Both the position numbers and the translations under genes were made by a program. Shown piece by piece: positions 40,193-50,300 of a stretch of 64,000 bases of DNA. Each line of letters opens with the position of its first letter. Within the stretch, counting starts at the first letter, position 1. Source of the DNA: Clostridium sp. CAG:492 (GTDB taxonomy: Bacteria > Bacillota > Clostridia > TANB77 > CAG-508); NCBI GenBank assembly GCA_000434335.1, contig FR878232.1, positions 5,066 to 69,065 on the forward strand, written 5' to 3'. Below the pieces are notes generated by a model. The model was not told the DNA's origin. It did no database searches and worked only from the letters and a program-made list of their open reading frames with translations.

Positions 40193-41167
40193 ATGCAGAC
40201 AATAAAAGCGTGTAGTGCATATAATTTTATGTTTAAGCCTATTCAGAATGTAACAAGAACAGACATAGAAAGATTTTTACAGGCAGAAAAGCACAAATCT
40301 AATTCTTCTATTTCAAAAGAGTATGCTATTATCAAAAATGCATTTGCACTTGCTTATAAAAAACATTTAATTGATAGAGATATTGCATTAGATTTTAATA
40401 TTGATCCAGTAGAAAAACCTAAAAGTGAAAAACAAGATAAAGATGTTGTTGCTTTTACAATAAGAGAAGAATATACACTAATTCAGTATATAAATACACA
40501 TTATTCAAAATACAATAATATGCTTTTGTTAGCACTTTATACGGGAATGAGAATTGGAGAAGTTCTAGCATTAACAATTAACGATTTTGATTTTGATGAA
40601 GGTTATGGAACAATTAGTGTAAATAAAACTTTAACTAAAAATAAAAGTGGAAAAATAATAATTGGAAATGTTACTAAAACCAAAAATGGAAAAAGAAATT
40701 TGCATTTAGATAAAGTTTCAAAAGAAGTTGCACTAAAAGCAATTGCGGAAATGACTCAAAATAAAAGAAACCTAATATTCCTTCGCAGAGATGGAAAGCT
40801 ATATTATGATAGTCAAATAAATAGTGCATTTAAAAGAATTTGTAAAAATGCTGGGATAAAAGTAATTATGACTAAACATAGAAAAGTGTCTAAATCAAAA
40901 GGAGTTCACTATGTAAATGAACAGACCAGTGAGGCACATACACATATGTTAAGACACACATTTGCAACTAGATGTATTGAAGCAGGAATGGATTTAGCAA
41001 CACTGCAAAAAGTTTTAGGGCATGCTAATATTCAAACAACTATAAATATTTATGGAGATATATTTGATTATCATCAGAAAAATCAAATGTATAAATATAC
41101 AGAATATATGGACAAAATGAATGAAAAATATGAAAAACTATTTGAAAATAGTACGATACAAGAATAG
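40193..41167 (+). CDS. tyrosine site-specific recombinase/integrase
   Basis: Catalytic-domain motifs [11 protein letters not shown] (box I R), HMLRHTFAT (box II) and [15 protein letters not shown] (Tyr). The reading frame is open from 40028 with no ATG before 40193. Confidence 0.75.
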   Translation: MQTIKACSAYNFMFKPIQNVTRTDIERFLQAEKHKSNSSISKEYAIIKNAFALAYKKHLIDRDIALDFNIDPVEKPKSEKQDKDVVAFTIREEYTLIQYINTHYSKYNNMLLLALYTGMRIGEVLALTINDFDFDEGYGTISVNKTLTKNKSGKIIIGNVTKTKNGKRNLHLDKVSKEVALKAIAEMTQNKRNLIFLRRDGKLYYDSQINSAFKRICKNAGIKVIMTKHRKVSKSKGVHYVNEQTSEAHTHMLRHTFATRCIEAGMDLATLQKVLGHANIQTTINIYGDIFDYHQKNQMYKYTEYMDKMNEKYEKLFENSTIQE

Positions 41168-41199
41168 AACAATAATAAATAATTTGATAGAAAATATAT

Positions 41200-41216
41200 T
41201 CCCGACAATGTCGGGA
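41200..41216 (+). promoter_or_regulatory. 17-bp palindrome TCCCGACA-A-TGTCGGGA near attR; the same half-site is present twice near attL (33023-33043)
   Basis: Perfect 8-bp inverted repeat. Direct copies of TGTCGGGA at 33023-33030 and 33036-33043. Confidence 0.4.
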
Positions 41217-41277
41217 CAAAGATACGAAATTTGAAATCAACTGGTATTAAAGGAAAAGATGGCAAAAATAATTTGCT

Positions 41278-41289
41278 CATCTGCACCAA
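41278..41289 (+). repeat. attR: 12-bp direct repeat CATCTGCACCAA
   Basis: Identical to the tRNA-Leu 3' end at 32882-32893. Confidence 0.6.
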
Positions 41290-41351
41290 AGTAATACCAA
41301 GGATTTGAGTGATTCTCGAGGTATTATTTTTTTTGCCAAAAATTCAAAAGT

Positions 41352-41396
41352 TCTACAAAAATTTTTTTACTATATTTTTTGTAGAACTTTTTAGTT
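41352..41396. terminator. 15-bp-stem symmetric hairpin (AAAAGTTCTACAAAA/TTTTGTAGAACTTTT), a likely bidirectional terminator
   Basis: Perfect inverted repeat flanked by A/T runs, downstream of the minus-strand gene ending at 41530. Confidence 0.45.
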
Positions 41397-41529
41397 ACAA
41401 TTTTAATAAATTACTTACTACATCACCAGTTACTACTTGGCAGATTTGTCAAGATAAGTATATATATTTGCAGTAGTATTGTAACTGGAGTGACCAAGCC
41501 AATTTTGAAGTCTTTTACTGAATTTTAGT

Positions 41530-42630
41530 CTAATTATAGATTTTTTCTTTTTCAAAATATTTTTCGAACTTCTTTAGTTTAGAAGTGTATTCCTTTTCAT
41601 TTATATTATCAGATTCTAAAGTTTCCTTTTTAGAAATATTACCGTTTTCATTTAAATATATCTTATTCTTAATGTATTTATATTCCGTTGATGCATCAAA
41701 AAAGCATATTTTTACAATTCTATATTCATAATACTCTTTTGAATTAATGGATTTATACATGCAATGTATAGTTTGGTTATTTTCATAACCATAAGAGCTA
41801 GATTTTAAAAGTCTGCCAGTATTATCATAATTATTATCAATTCCAGTCTCTTGGTAATCTGAATATTGATCTACTTTTACTTTATTTTTTATATATATTA
41901 GATTTCCATTAGAAATCATTGGAGTCATTAATAGCAAAGAGTTATCATTACTTTGAGAATTTTTTAAATTATTGTTTTCTGTAGAATAACCAAGTGGAAT
42001 AATATTTAATAAATCACAAAAATTACTAAAATTAATTTCTTTTAAGTTTTTTTCATATGCAATTTCTATAATTGAGTCTTCAGTGTCATTTTTTTCGGTT
42101 ATTAAAATACAATCTTTATTTTGGTAATTAATAGTTTTATAATTCAGAGTATAGTGCTCTTTGTATTCATTTTCAGTGTCTGTATATTTTGTAATAGTAT
42201 TATCAACTATTAGTTCATCATTTTCTAAATAGTTGAAAGTGAGATTTAAAATATCCTTGTTATTTGACAAAGAATTTGATATAGTTTCATACATTTTAGA
42301 TATTTTGTTATTTTCATTGTATTCTATTTGTATATAATCTTTATTGTTTAAAATCACCTCTGTAATTCTATTGTTATCATCATATTTGTATTTAAAATTA
42401 AATTCTGAAATTTCATTGTTGTTTGGTGATTTGTATTTGTAATATGTTAAATTTCCTTTTTCATCAAATTTTTCGTCTAGGATAATTTTATCGTTTTTCA
42501 TTAGACCCTGTCTATTTAATGTATAGGTTTCTAAAACAGATTGATTAGATTTATTGAAAAATACAAAAAATCCCAATGTAAGTATAAAAATAATAATTAA
42601 AACAAGTAATAACTTTTTTTTGTTTGACAT
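41530..42630 (-). CDS. membrane-anchored/secreted Asn-rich hypothetical protein
   Basis: The start MSNKKKLLLVLIIIF at 42630 follows the RBS GGAGGA. The ORF-track N-terminal extension lacks an RBS. Confidence 0.45.
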   Translation of the reverse strand: MSNKKKLLLVLIIIFILTLGFFVFFNKSNQSVLETYTLNRQGLMKNDKIILDEKFDEKGNLTYYKYKSPNNNEISEFNFKYKYDDNNRITEVILNNKDYIQIEYNENNKISKMYETISNSLSNNKDILNLTFNYLENDELIVDNTITKYTDTENEYKEHYTLNYKTINYQNKDCILITEKNDTEDSIIEIAYEKNLKEINFSNFCDLLNIIPLGYSTENNNLKNSQSNDNSLLLMTPMISNGNLIYIKNKVKVDQYSDYQETGIDNNYDNTGRLLKSSSYGYENNQTIHCMYKSINSKEYYEYRIVKICFFDASTEYKYIKNKIYLNENGNISKKETLESDNINEKEYTSKLKKFEKYFEKEKIYN

Positions 42631-42789
42631 ATAAAGTCCTCCTTTTTCATATATGTACATTATAGCATAGTTGGGATATTTTGTATATAAATGGCAATAA
42701 TAAATTTCTGATTTTAGAAAAAAAGACACATAATTAAAACTTATGATACAATGTTGGGGTCGAATCAAACATTGAAAGAAAGAACTTAC

Positions 42790-43062
42790 AACACAGAAAT
42801 ATGTAAACTATTAGGGCTATGAGCTTAGCAGATTTCACATTAAAGCCCATTCAAATTGTTCTTAATTAGAAGAAGCACAAAAATTAGTTGAAAGATTAAA
42901 AGCAGAAGGAAAAATGCAGTAATTGGTCCTAAAGCTCCTTGGAAGAACGAAGATGGGCAACCAGTTAACAATCAATCTAAAAATGCTGTAGGAATTTACA
43001 TAGTAAAAGAAAGGGAATATAAAGAATTAGGCAATGACGAAGATGCACGATGAGAAAATAAA
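42790..43062 (+). pseudogene. gene remnant: protein-like segments in three frames
   Basis: Fragments SLADFTLKPIQIVLN, EEAQKLVERLKAEGK and NAVIGPKAPWKNEDGQPVNNQSKNAVGIYIVKEREYKELG lie in different frames with no start or RBS. Confidence 0.3.
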
Positions 43063-43068
43063 ATAGAA

Positions 43069-43097
43069 AAAACCAAGGTACTCCTTGGTTTTTTATA
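43069..43097 (+). terminator. rho-independent terminator
   Basis: AACCAAGGTACTCCTTGGTT hairpin plus T-run. Confidence 0.5.
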
Positions 43098-43111
43098 AAT
43101 TTTACAAAAAC

Positions 43112-43146
43112 TAAAAAGCACGAGCGAAAATCACTCGTGCTTTTAG
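43112..43146 (-). terminator. terminator for the minus-strand gene 43173-43679
   Basis: AAGCACGAGCG...CTCGTGCTT hairpin flanked by A/T runs. Confidence 0.45.
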
Positions 43147-43172
43147 TCAACCAGATTATGCACCTCCATTCT

Positions 43173-43679
43173 TTATTCCTTATCAAGTTGTTGATCTAGT
43201 TCTATTTCTTTGCAGCCAAAATAAATGAAAAATTCCGTGATTATTACTGAAATTATGGTTCCAAAGATGGAAACGATTCGGTCAAAAATGTTGGTGATAT
43301 GTTCTACGTATTCCTTTATTTGCATATCATCTTCATTTTCAGGCCTCGTTATTTCGTATGTCATCCCCTTGCCGGGGACATCATCAGTCATAACGTCCGT
43401 GCTTCCATAGAAAACATTCACCTCATCATCAGAAACATATGTTTGGTATACAATCTGTCCCTTATAGATGATACGGATTTCTCCATCAGTATTCACAGTG
43501 CATGTCATATCTTTGTCGATGGTTTTTAAATTTACATCATTAAGCTCTAAAAGTGCGGCTATTTCCAATTTGGAATTTGGCGTTGTAGTCCATACATAGT
43601 GGACAACAAAAATACCAAAAACCAATACTGCAATAAGCAGAATTGTTTTGAAAATATTCAATTTGGTAGTTTTCCGCAT
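43173..43679 (-). CDS. hypothetical membrane protein (N- and C-terminal TMs) with locally raised GC (~37%)
   Basis: RBS AAGGAGGA precedes the ATG. Composition differs from the flanks. Confidence 0.45.
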   Translation of the reverse strand: MRKTTKLNIFKTILLIAVLVFGIFVVHYVWTTTPNSKLEIAALLELNDVNLKTIDKDMTCTVNTDGEIRIIYKGQIVYQTYVSDDEVNVFYGSTDVMTDDVPGKGMTYEITRPENEDDMQIKEYVEHITNIFDRIVSIFGTIISVIITEFFIYFGCKEIELDQQLDKE

Positions 43680-44026
43680 AGTATTCCTCCTTTATAATGT
43701 TTTTATATAAAATCCGATTACATCGGATAGAATTAAGTAATTAGGGGTCAATCTATTTAAAATACATCATTGGAACTTGGTTCAAGATGCATATAATTTT
43801 TAATCTGATTTTCAATGTGCTCACCAGTATACATACGGGTTATTTGCATAAAACTTTAATACACTTATATATCATAATGCATTTTACATAAAATGTCAAC
43901 CATTTTACTAAAATCCTTTAAACACTTATTATTACAATTTATAAGAAATGAAAAAATATAAATAGTAAAATTAAATGAATTAACAAAGATAAATCCAGAT
44001 GAAAAATAAATCATAGTATATACAAT

Positions 44027-44050
44027 AAAAATGTAATAAAAATGTAATAA
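44027..44050 (+). promoter_or_regulatory. 22-bp tandem repeat AAAATGTAATAAAAATGTAATAA upstream of adhesin gene 1
   Basis: Identical 22-mer at 47167-47189; near-identical copies at 61786-61825 and 12491-12512. Lies ~50 bp upstream of a TTGACT -35-like hexamer. Confidence 0.5.
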
Positions 44051-44168
44051 TTGCCAATTAAACGTATTTCCCTAGCAAAAACCTCCCAAAATGCTAAAAA
44101 TATAAATTTGACTTACAAAAAAAATAATTTAAAATATAGTTAAAATAAAAAGAGGGAGGATTTGAGGA

Positions 44169-46976
44169 ATGAGCAAGAAATTTACAAAAATATCTATAGT
44201 GTTTTTTATAATATTGCTATCAATATTATTTAACAAAACTTCAAATGCAGAAACTTTTCAGCCTATGGGCATAGGTACTAACGATAGAAACACAACAAAC
44301 GCATTTTATAGGACAGTAGGTTCAGACAAGCAAATGTGGCAATACACAAAAGATAATCGAAGTACTGTTACCGAAAATGTATATTGTGCTAGTGAAGGAA
44401 AAAGCTTTGTAGGACCTCATAAATATGAAGGTTATGACCTTTATTATGAAAAAGGGAAAAGTGATTATTCTGTAATTTCTGCAAATTATAATAAAATATT
44501 GTGGATATTAGATAACGCATATGTGGACAAAAATGTAGATTCAGCTACTCAATCTGCAATGATTGAAAACTTAAAAAAAGTTACAAATGGAAGCGTTGAT
44601 TCACAAATTGACTACATAAACTCACATGCATACAAAAATGAATTATTTTATGAAATTACACAATGCCTATTATGGAGTTATACTAAGAATGCTAGCAATT
44701 TAGGTGGTATCACCAATATTAAATATGGAGCTACAAATTATACACAAGCAATGGACGTTTATAATGCTTTAAAAAAGGTTGCGGATACTAAAGGTAATTA
44801 TGAATCTTTAAATGTAAATGCAAATGAAGTTAAAACATATATAAATTCATTATCTTTTGATAATACTGCCGCAAAAATTGAAGGAAATGTTGTTGGTCCA
44901 TTTACATTAAATAACTATAATGAAAAATATAATTTTCCATCTGAATGGTTTGTTACAGTAAATGGGAGAGTAAATAAGGATTATAGTGTTAGAAGAGAAG
45001 AAAATAAATTTTATATAGAATTTAATTCTAATTTACCATCTACTTGTAATGTAAATGTTGATTTAGTTATGCAATATATTATTACAACTGGTAAATTTTG
45101 GTTTCAAGATGATGAAGGTCAAGAGCTAATTACTGTAAATAAAGAGCGTGTTATAAATGATATTTCAGCCAATGTTGCACAAAGTAGTAAATACTTTTTA
45201 GATGCAGTAAAACTTGAATATGGAAGTAGTAATAGGGTTCCAGGGGCAACAATTTCGATAAAATCTGAAAATGAAAGTGTTGTATATAAAACTGGTAAAA
45301 CTGGAGAAAATTGGGGAAGTTTAAAAACAGAAGATTTTACAACTTCAAAAACTTTTATTATTACAGAAGATGAAGCTCCAGATGGTTATATTAATTCTTT
45401 AAGTGGTATTAAAATTAAACTAACAGTGCAAAAAAATGGTACATCGTTTAATTCATATATTAAAATTTATAAAGATGGCAAAGATGTTACTTCTAAATAT
45501 AATAGGTTTGTAATATTATCAACTTTAAAATCTGATGACGATTCGGTTAGAATTGGTTTATATATTAGAGATATAAAAAACGTAAATTATAATTTATGTG
45601 TTATAAAAAGAAGTGCAAAAACTCAAAAAGGTTTAGCTAATGCTAAATTTGATGTTTATGAAAGTGATATGAAAACTGTAAAAGGTAGTTTAGTAACAGC
45701 TACAAATGGTTATTCTAATTTTATTTCTTATGACGTTAATGATTTGAATTCTGGTTTAAGTAAAATTTATGTAAAAGAGGTTGAGGCTCCTGCTGGTTAT
45801 GAACTTAATAACGAAAATGAGCCTATTGAAATACAACCTTATGTTGATGAATATGGTAATATAACTATTAACGAAATTAACACAGATACACTTAAAACAT
45901 ATGTGCAAGATATTGGTGGTGTTCAAACTATTACTGTAGAAAAATTTGATTCTTTAAAAAATGGTAATTATAATATTAAAATTGTTAAAATTGATTCTAA
46001 AGGAAATACTGTTTCTTCTAATGAAACAAAATTTATGGTAAATGATACCGAACTAGCAACAACAAATGGTGTTTTAGATGTTGTTACTGGTAAAAAAATA
46101 ACAGAGGATAACCAAACAGATACATATAATATAACTGAAAGTGCAGCACCTGATGGATATGGCAAATATAGTGGTAATATTAGTTTAAATGTTATTGGAA
46201 AAGAAGATGAAAATGGATATCAATTAAATAAAGATGCTACATATTTAGAGGTTAATGGCGAAAAAGTTGAGCAAGGTAAATTTTCTAGTGATGGATTTGT
46301 TTATTGGGATATTAATGATAATACTATATGTTTAAAACTTAAAAATAGTTGTTTTGATTTAGCTCTTCGTAAATGGGTAACTGAAGCGATTGTAACCGAA
46401 AATGGTAAAACAGTTACAACTAAAACTGGACATAGTGCAGATGATGATCCAGAGTCTGTTGTTAAAGTTGATTTAAAAAAGAGCAAGTTAAATGATGTTG
46501 TTGTAAAATTCAAATATTCAATTAGAGTAACAAATGAAGGTGAAATTGCAGGTGAGGCAACAGAAATTAGAGATGATATACCTGCTGGATTAAAATTTGT
46601 TGCAGAAGATAACCCTGACTGGAAAGAAGAAAATGGCCAAATTGTTACAAATAAATTGGCTAATACAACATTACAACCTAACGAAAGTGCAGAAGTTGAA
46701 ATTATATTAACGTGGATTAATAGCGAAAAGAATATGGGCGTAATGGTTAATACTGCTGAAATAAATAAAGACCATAATGATTATGGAGCTAAGGATATTG
46801 ATTCAACACCTGGTAATAAGGTTCCAGGAGAAGACGATATAGATGATGCACCAGTAATGATTACAGTTAAAACTGGTACATATATTATAAGCGTAGTTTC
46901 ATTAATATGTGGTGTAGTGTTAATATTATCAATAGGAATTGTTTTTATAAAAAAGAAAGTTATTAGTATCTATTAA
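44169..46976 (+). CDS. surface protein with an N-terminal thioester-domain-like adhesin region, Ig-like repeats, a C-terminal DLALRK (DUF11-like) domain and a TM anchor
   Basis: Signal peptide. VYCASEG (Cys) and EITQCLLW (TQxxxW) fit the TED Cys/Gln motifs. C-terminal FDLALRKWVT...VTNEGEIAG...DIPAGLKFV, then TM plus a basic tail (no LPXTG). Confidence 0.55.
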   Translation: MSKKFTKISIVFFIILLSILFNKTSNAETFQPMGIGTNDRNTTNAFYRTVGSDKQMWQYTKDNRSTVTENVYCASEGKSFVGPHKYEGYDLYYEKGKSDYSVISANYNKILWILDNAYVDKNVDSATQSAMIENLKKVTNGSVDSQIDYINSHAYKNELFYEITQCLLWSYTKNASNLGGITNIKYGATNYTQAMDVYNALKKVADTKGNYESLNVNANEVKTYINSLSFDNTAAKIEGNVVGPFTLNNYNEKYNFPSEWFVTVNGRVNKDYSVRREENKFYIEFNSNLPSTCNVNVDLVMQYIITTGKFWFQDDEGQELITVNKERVINDISANVAQSSKYFLDAVKLEYGSSNRVPGATISIKSENESVVYKTGKTGENWGSLKTEDFTTSKTFIITEDEAPDGYINSLSGIKIKLTVQKNGTSFNSYIKIYKDGKDVTSKYNRFVILSTLKSDDDSVRIGLYIRDIKNVNYNLCVIKRSAKTQKGLANAKFDVYESDMKTVKGSLVTATNGYSNFISYDVNDLNSGLSKIYVKEVEAPAGYELNNENEPIEIQPYVDEYGNITINEINTDTLKTYVQDIGGVQTITVEKFDSLKNGNYNIKIVKIDSKGNTVSSNETKFMVNDTELATTNGVLDVVTGKKITEDNQTDTYNITESAAPDGYGKYSGNISLNVIGKEDENGYQLNKDATYLEVNGEKVEQGKFSSDGFVYWDINDNTICLKLKNSCFDLALRKWVTEAIVTENGKTVTTKTGHSADDDPESVVKVDLKKSKLNDVVVKFKYSIRVTNEGEIAGEATEIRDDIPAGLKFVAEDNPDWKEENGQIVTNKLANTTLQPNESAEVEIILTWINSEKNMGVMVNTAEINKDHNDYGAKDIDSTPGNKVPGEDDIDDAPVMITVKTGTYIISVVSLICGVVLILSIGIVFIKKKVISIY

Positions 46977-46980
46977 TATT

Positions 46981-47029
46981 AAAGCTTGATGTATTAAATA
47001 ATGTGTTTAATACATCAAGCTTTTTTTGT
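46981..47029 (+). terminator. strong rho-independent terminator (17-bp stem)
   Basis: AAAGCTTGATGTATTAAA...TTTAATACATCAAGCTTT followed by T7. Confidence 0.7.
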
Positions 47030-47166
47030 TGCTTTTTTTATATAATTTTGTATTTAATTAAAATTTTTTGGTAAATACACAAATTGGTTGATTAGTATTT
47101 GGGCTACGGAATTAAGGAAAAAAGAATTTTAGTCGAATAATTTAGTTTTTGTTACGAAAAAAGTAT

Positions 47167-47190
47167 GAAAATGTAATAAAAATGTAATAA
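47167..47190 (+). promoter_or_regulatory. 22-bp tandem repeat AAAATGTAATAAAAATGTAATAA upstream of giant adhesin gene 2
   Basis: Two 11-bp direct repeats one helical turn apart. Followed by TTGACT-N16-TAAAAT promoter-like hexamers at ~47236-47263. Confidence 0.5.
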
Positions 47191-47311
47191 ATACATAAAC
47201 AAATAAAATCCGTAGAATAAGTGTAGTTTTTTTAATAAATTTGTAATTTGACTTATATTTATAAATCATTAAAATGATGTTAAGATAAAAAACTTTTGAA
47301 GGGAGATTATC

Positions 47312-50300
47312 ATGAACGTTAAGAAAAGATGGTTTATTATTCCAATAGTTATTGTGTTTGCCATAACAATATTTTTATTGGCACATAATAATAATAAATT
47401 TAGCAGTTTTATGAGCTCTTTAGTTAAACAAGATGAAAATAAAAGTTGGACTAGAGATGAGGATAAAACTTATGTTAAAAATGATACAATTAATAAATAT
47501 GGAGAAAGCGTACAAAAAATTAATTTGTATACCATAAATGGTGGAATTGATTCTAGCGTTTTTGGATGGTGTATGAATAAAGGTGCAGCTTTATATGGAT
47601 ATGGAAATACTGGAGGATGGGGCTATGTTGATACGATAGATAAAAACTGGTCATCAGATAAAGGTAGTGTTAACTGGTTAATGGATAACATTATAAGATA
47701 TGGTAAAAGTGTTGAGAATACCGAAAAGGATTTTTATAAAAATAAATTGAATAGTTATGGAATTTCAGTAAATGGATTAGATGATGATCAAATATTTACG
47801 TTAGAGCAATATGCTTTATGGAAGTATACCAATAATCATTCTGTAAATAATGATAGATTAGATGGAAAGCTTGTAAGTAAAGCTAATGCTAATAGTAAAT
47901 ATTCATTAAATAAAACTAAGTTTGATATTGATAATTCTTCTGTAAAAATTAATTATAGTAATAATGTTGCAGTAGTTGGTCCATTTAATGTAAAAAATAA
48001 TGGATTTATGCATATTACAGCTAAAGCTAATAATGTTAATTTAGAAATGTTTAGTGATGCAAATTGTCAAAATAAAATATCTGAATATACTAATTATGCT
48101 GGAAATATTTATGTAAAATTAAACAATCCAAATAATAATACAAATATTGTTTTAAGTGGATATGAATATATAACAAAAGCTAGATATTATACTACAATTG
48201 ATAATACTCCAAATAATGAATCAAATCAACCATTTTTAATGATTGATAGAACTAAATCAGATGGAAGTAAATCTTTTAATTATGTAGTTTCTGGTAGTTA
48301 CCACATTAATGTTAAGAAAAAATCTACAACTAATGCTAACCAAAAAGTTGGTGCTAAATTTAAATTAACTCAAAAACTTTATGGTGCTAATACAGCTAAA
48401 GAATCAACTGTAGAAATAAAAAATACAGAAGAGCAAAAAACTGTAACTTTTAATGGTAAAGATGTTATTGATATTGATAAAGATGGCATAGGAGTTGGAA
48501 AACCAGATACATATACTATTTCGGAAGTTGAAGTGGAAGATGGATATCAAAAATTAGATTTATCTGGTGTAACTTTATATGTTTACAAAAAAATTGATGG
48601 TACTAAGTTACAAGTTGATTATGTAAGAGCAGTTATTAATGGTAAAAACGTAGATATTTATGCTGGAAATAGTGCAGAGCTTACTGTTAAAAATACAAAT
48701 GATTTAAAAATTGAAGTTAGCTCTACAGCATTTGCAATTGAAGTAAAAAATGCTCCTATTTTGGGAAGCTATAATATGAAAATTGCTAAAAGAGATGCTA
48801 ATACAAATTGGAGTGAATCTACAAATAATTCAACTTTAAATTTGGCAGATGCGAAGTTTAAGGTCAGACAATACATAAATATTGATGAACAAACATATAA
48901 TAATGCATTTAGGCAAGGTCAATCTTCAGATGTAGAATCATTTTTAAGTACAATGTCTGCTGTGGGAAATAAAAAAGAAGATAAATATCCTATAAGTCAA
49001 GAAAATAATTGGGTGTCTATATATAATAGTGATATAGAAATTAATAAAAATAGTGCTAATAAAATAGATATTTATGCTATAAATGAGGAGTCTGCTCCTT
49101 CTGGTTATAATAAAAATGCTAATGTTATGTATTTAAAAGTTACCAAAAAGGTAAATAGTAATGGTGATAAATATTGTATTGATAGTGTTAAATTTATTAA
49201 TTCGGCAAATGGTCAAGTAATTGATGAAAGAACTCCTAATGTTGTTACAAAAAATGAAAATGGAGGATTTACATATTACGTAAATAAAAGTGGCAATTAT
49301 AAAGTAGCATTTGATTCTTCTTCAATTTTTGTTACTTATGCGAATAATCAAATTGAAGGAAATTATAATTTACAAATATTAAAAAGATCTAGTGCTAATG
49401 ATTGGGAAAAGGATATAAATGATAAATCTAATACTTTAGCAGCAGATTTTAGTGTAAGACAATATTTAAACCAAGATAATACAGATTTTAATAATAAATT
49501 AAAACAATCTAATAATAATATTGAAACAGCTTTAAATGGTTTAACAAAGAGCGAAAAAAATGTTAAAACTCAAAAAGATGCTTGGACTACAATTTATGAT
49601 AATGTAAAAATAACTAAAAATGATGTAAATTTAATTGATATATATGCTTTAACAGAAACTAATGCTCCTGATGGTTATAATAAAAATAATAATACTATGT
49701 ATTTAAAAGTTTATAAAACTGTTAAAAGTGAAAGCAATGGTACAAATAAGTATTATATAGATAAAGTAAAATTTATGTCTGCAAATGGAAATGAACTTGA
49801 CGAAAATGTAACTGATATACAAAAAACAAATAATGGAAATTATGTTTATTATAAAAATAAATCTTTAAAATATATGTTTGCTTATAATTCAACTTCAATT
49901 ATGGTATTTTTTACAAACCAACCAATTGATGGTAGTTATAAAATGAACATTGTAAAAAGAGATATAAATGATAATTCAAATTCAACAACAAATTTAGGCA
50001 GTGCAGAGTTTGCGGTTAACCAATATTTAAATGGTGTTGAAGATAATGATAAATCTGATGATAAAGCCGATGCAATTGGTTATACAAGTAATAGTAAAAA
50101 TTCTGTTAAATTAGAAAAAGGTGTTACTCAAGATATTTACTATTCAAATTCTAATGTTGTAAAAATAACAGATATTACTAAAGTTGATGCATATACTTTT
50201 GAAGAAAAATCGGCTCCTGCTGGTTATGAAAAATCAAACTTAAAAGTTTTATTACAGGTTTATAAAACTAAAAAAACTAATTCTTCTGGAAATTTTGAGT

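Larger units (their letters stand above)
32882..41289 (+). mobile_element. integrative mobilizable element (~8.4 kb) inserted in the tRNA-Leu 3' end
   Basis: Bounded by 12-bp direct repeats. Encodes RepA_N, TnpV-like, MobC, relaxase, Xis-like HTH and tyrosine integrase, plus cargo genes. Confidence 0.65.

Noticed and set aside
47040-47310. Possibility of a CRISPR array or an IS element in the repeat-rich intergenic regions flanking the adhesin genes
   Set aside because: Only short 11-bp tandem motifs and promoter-like hexamers are present. No regularly spaced 25-40-bp repeats with unique spacers and no transposase ORF.
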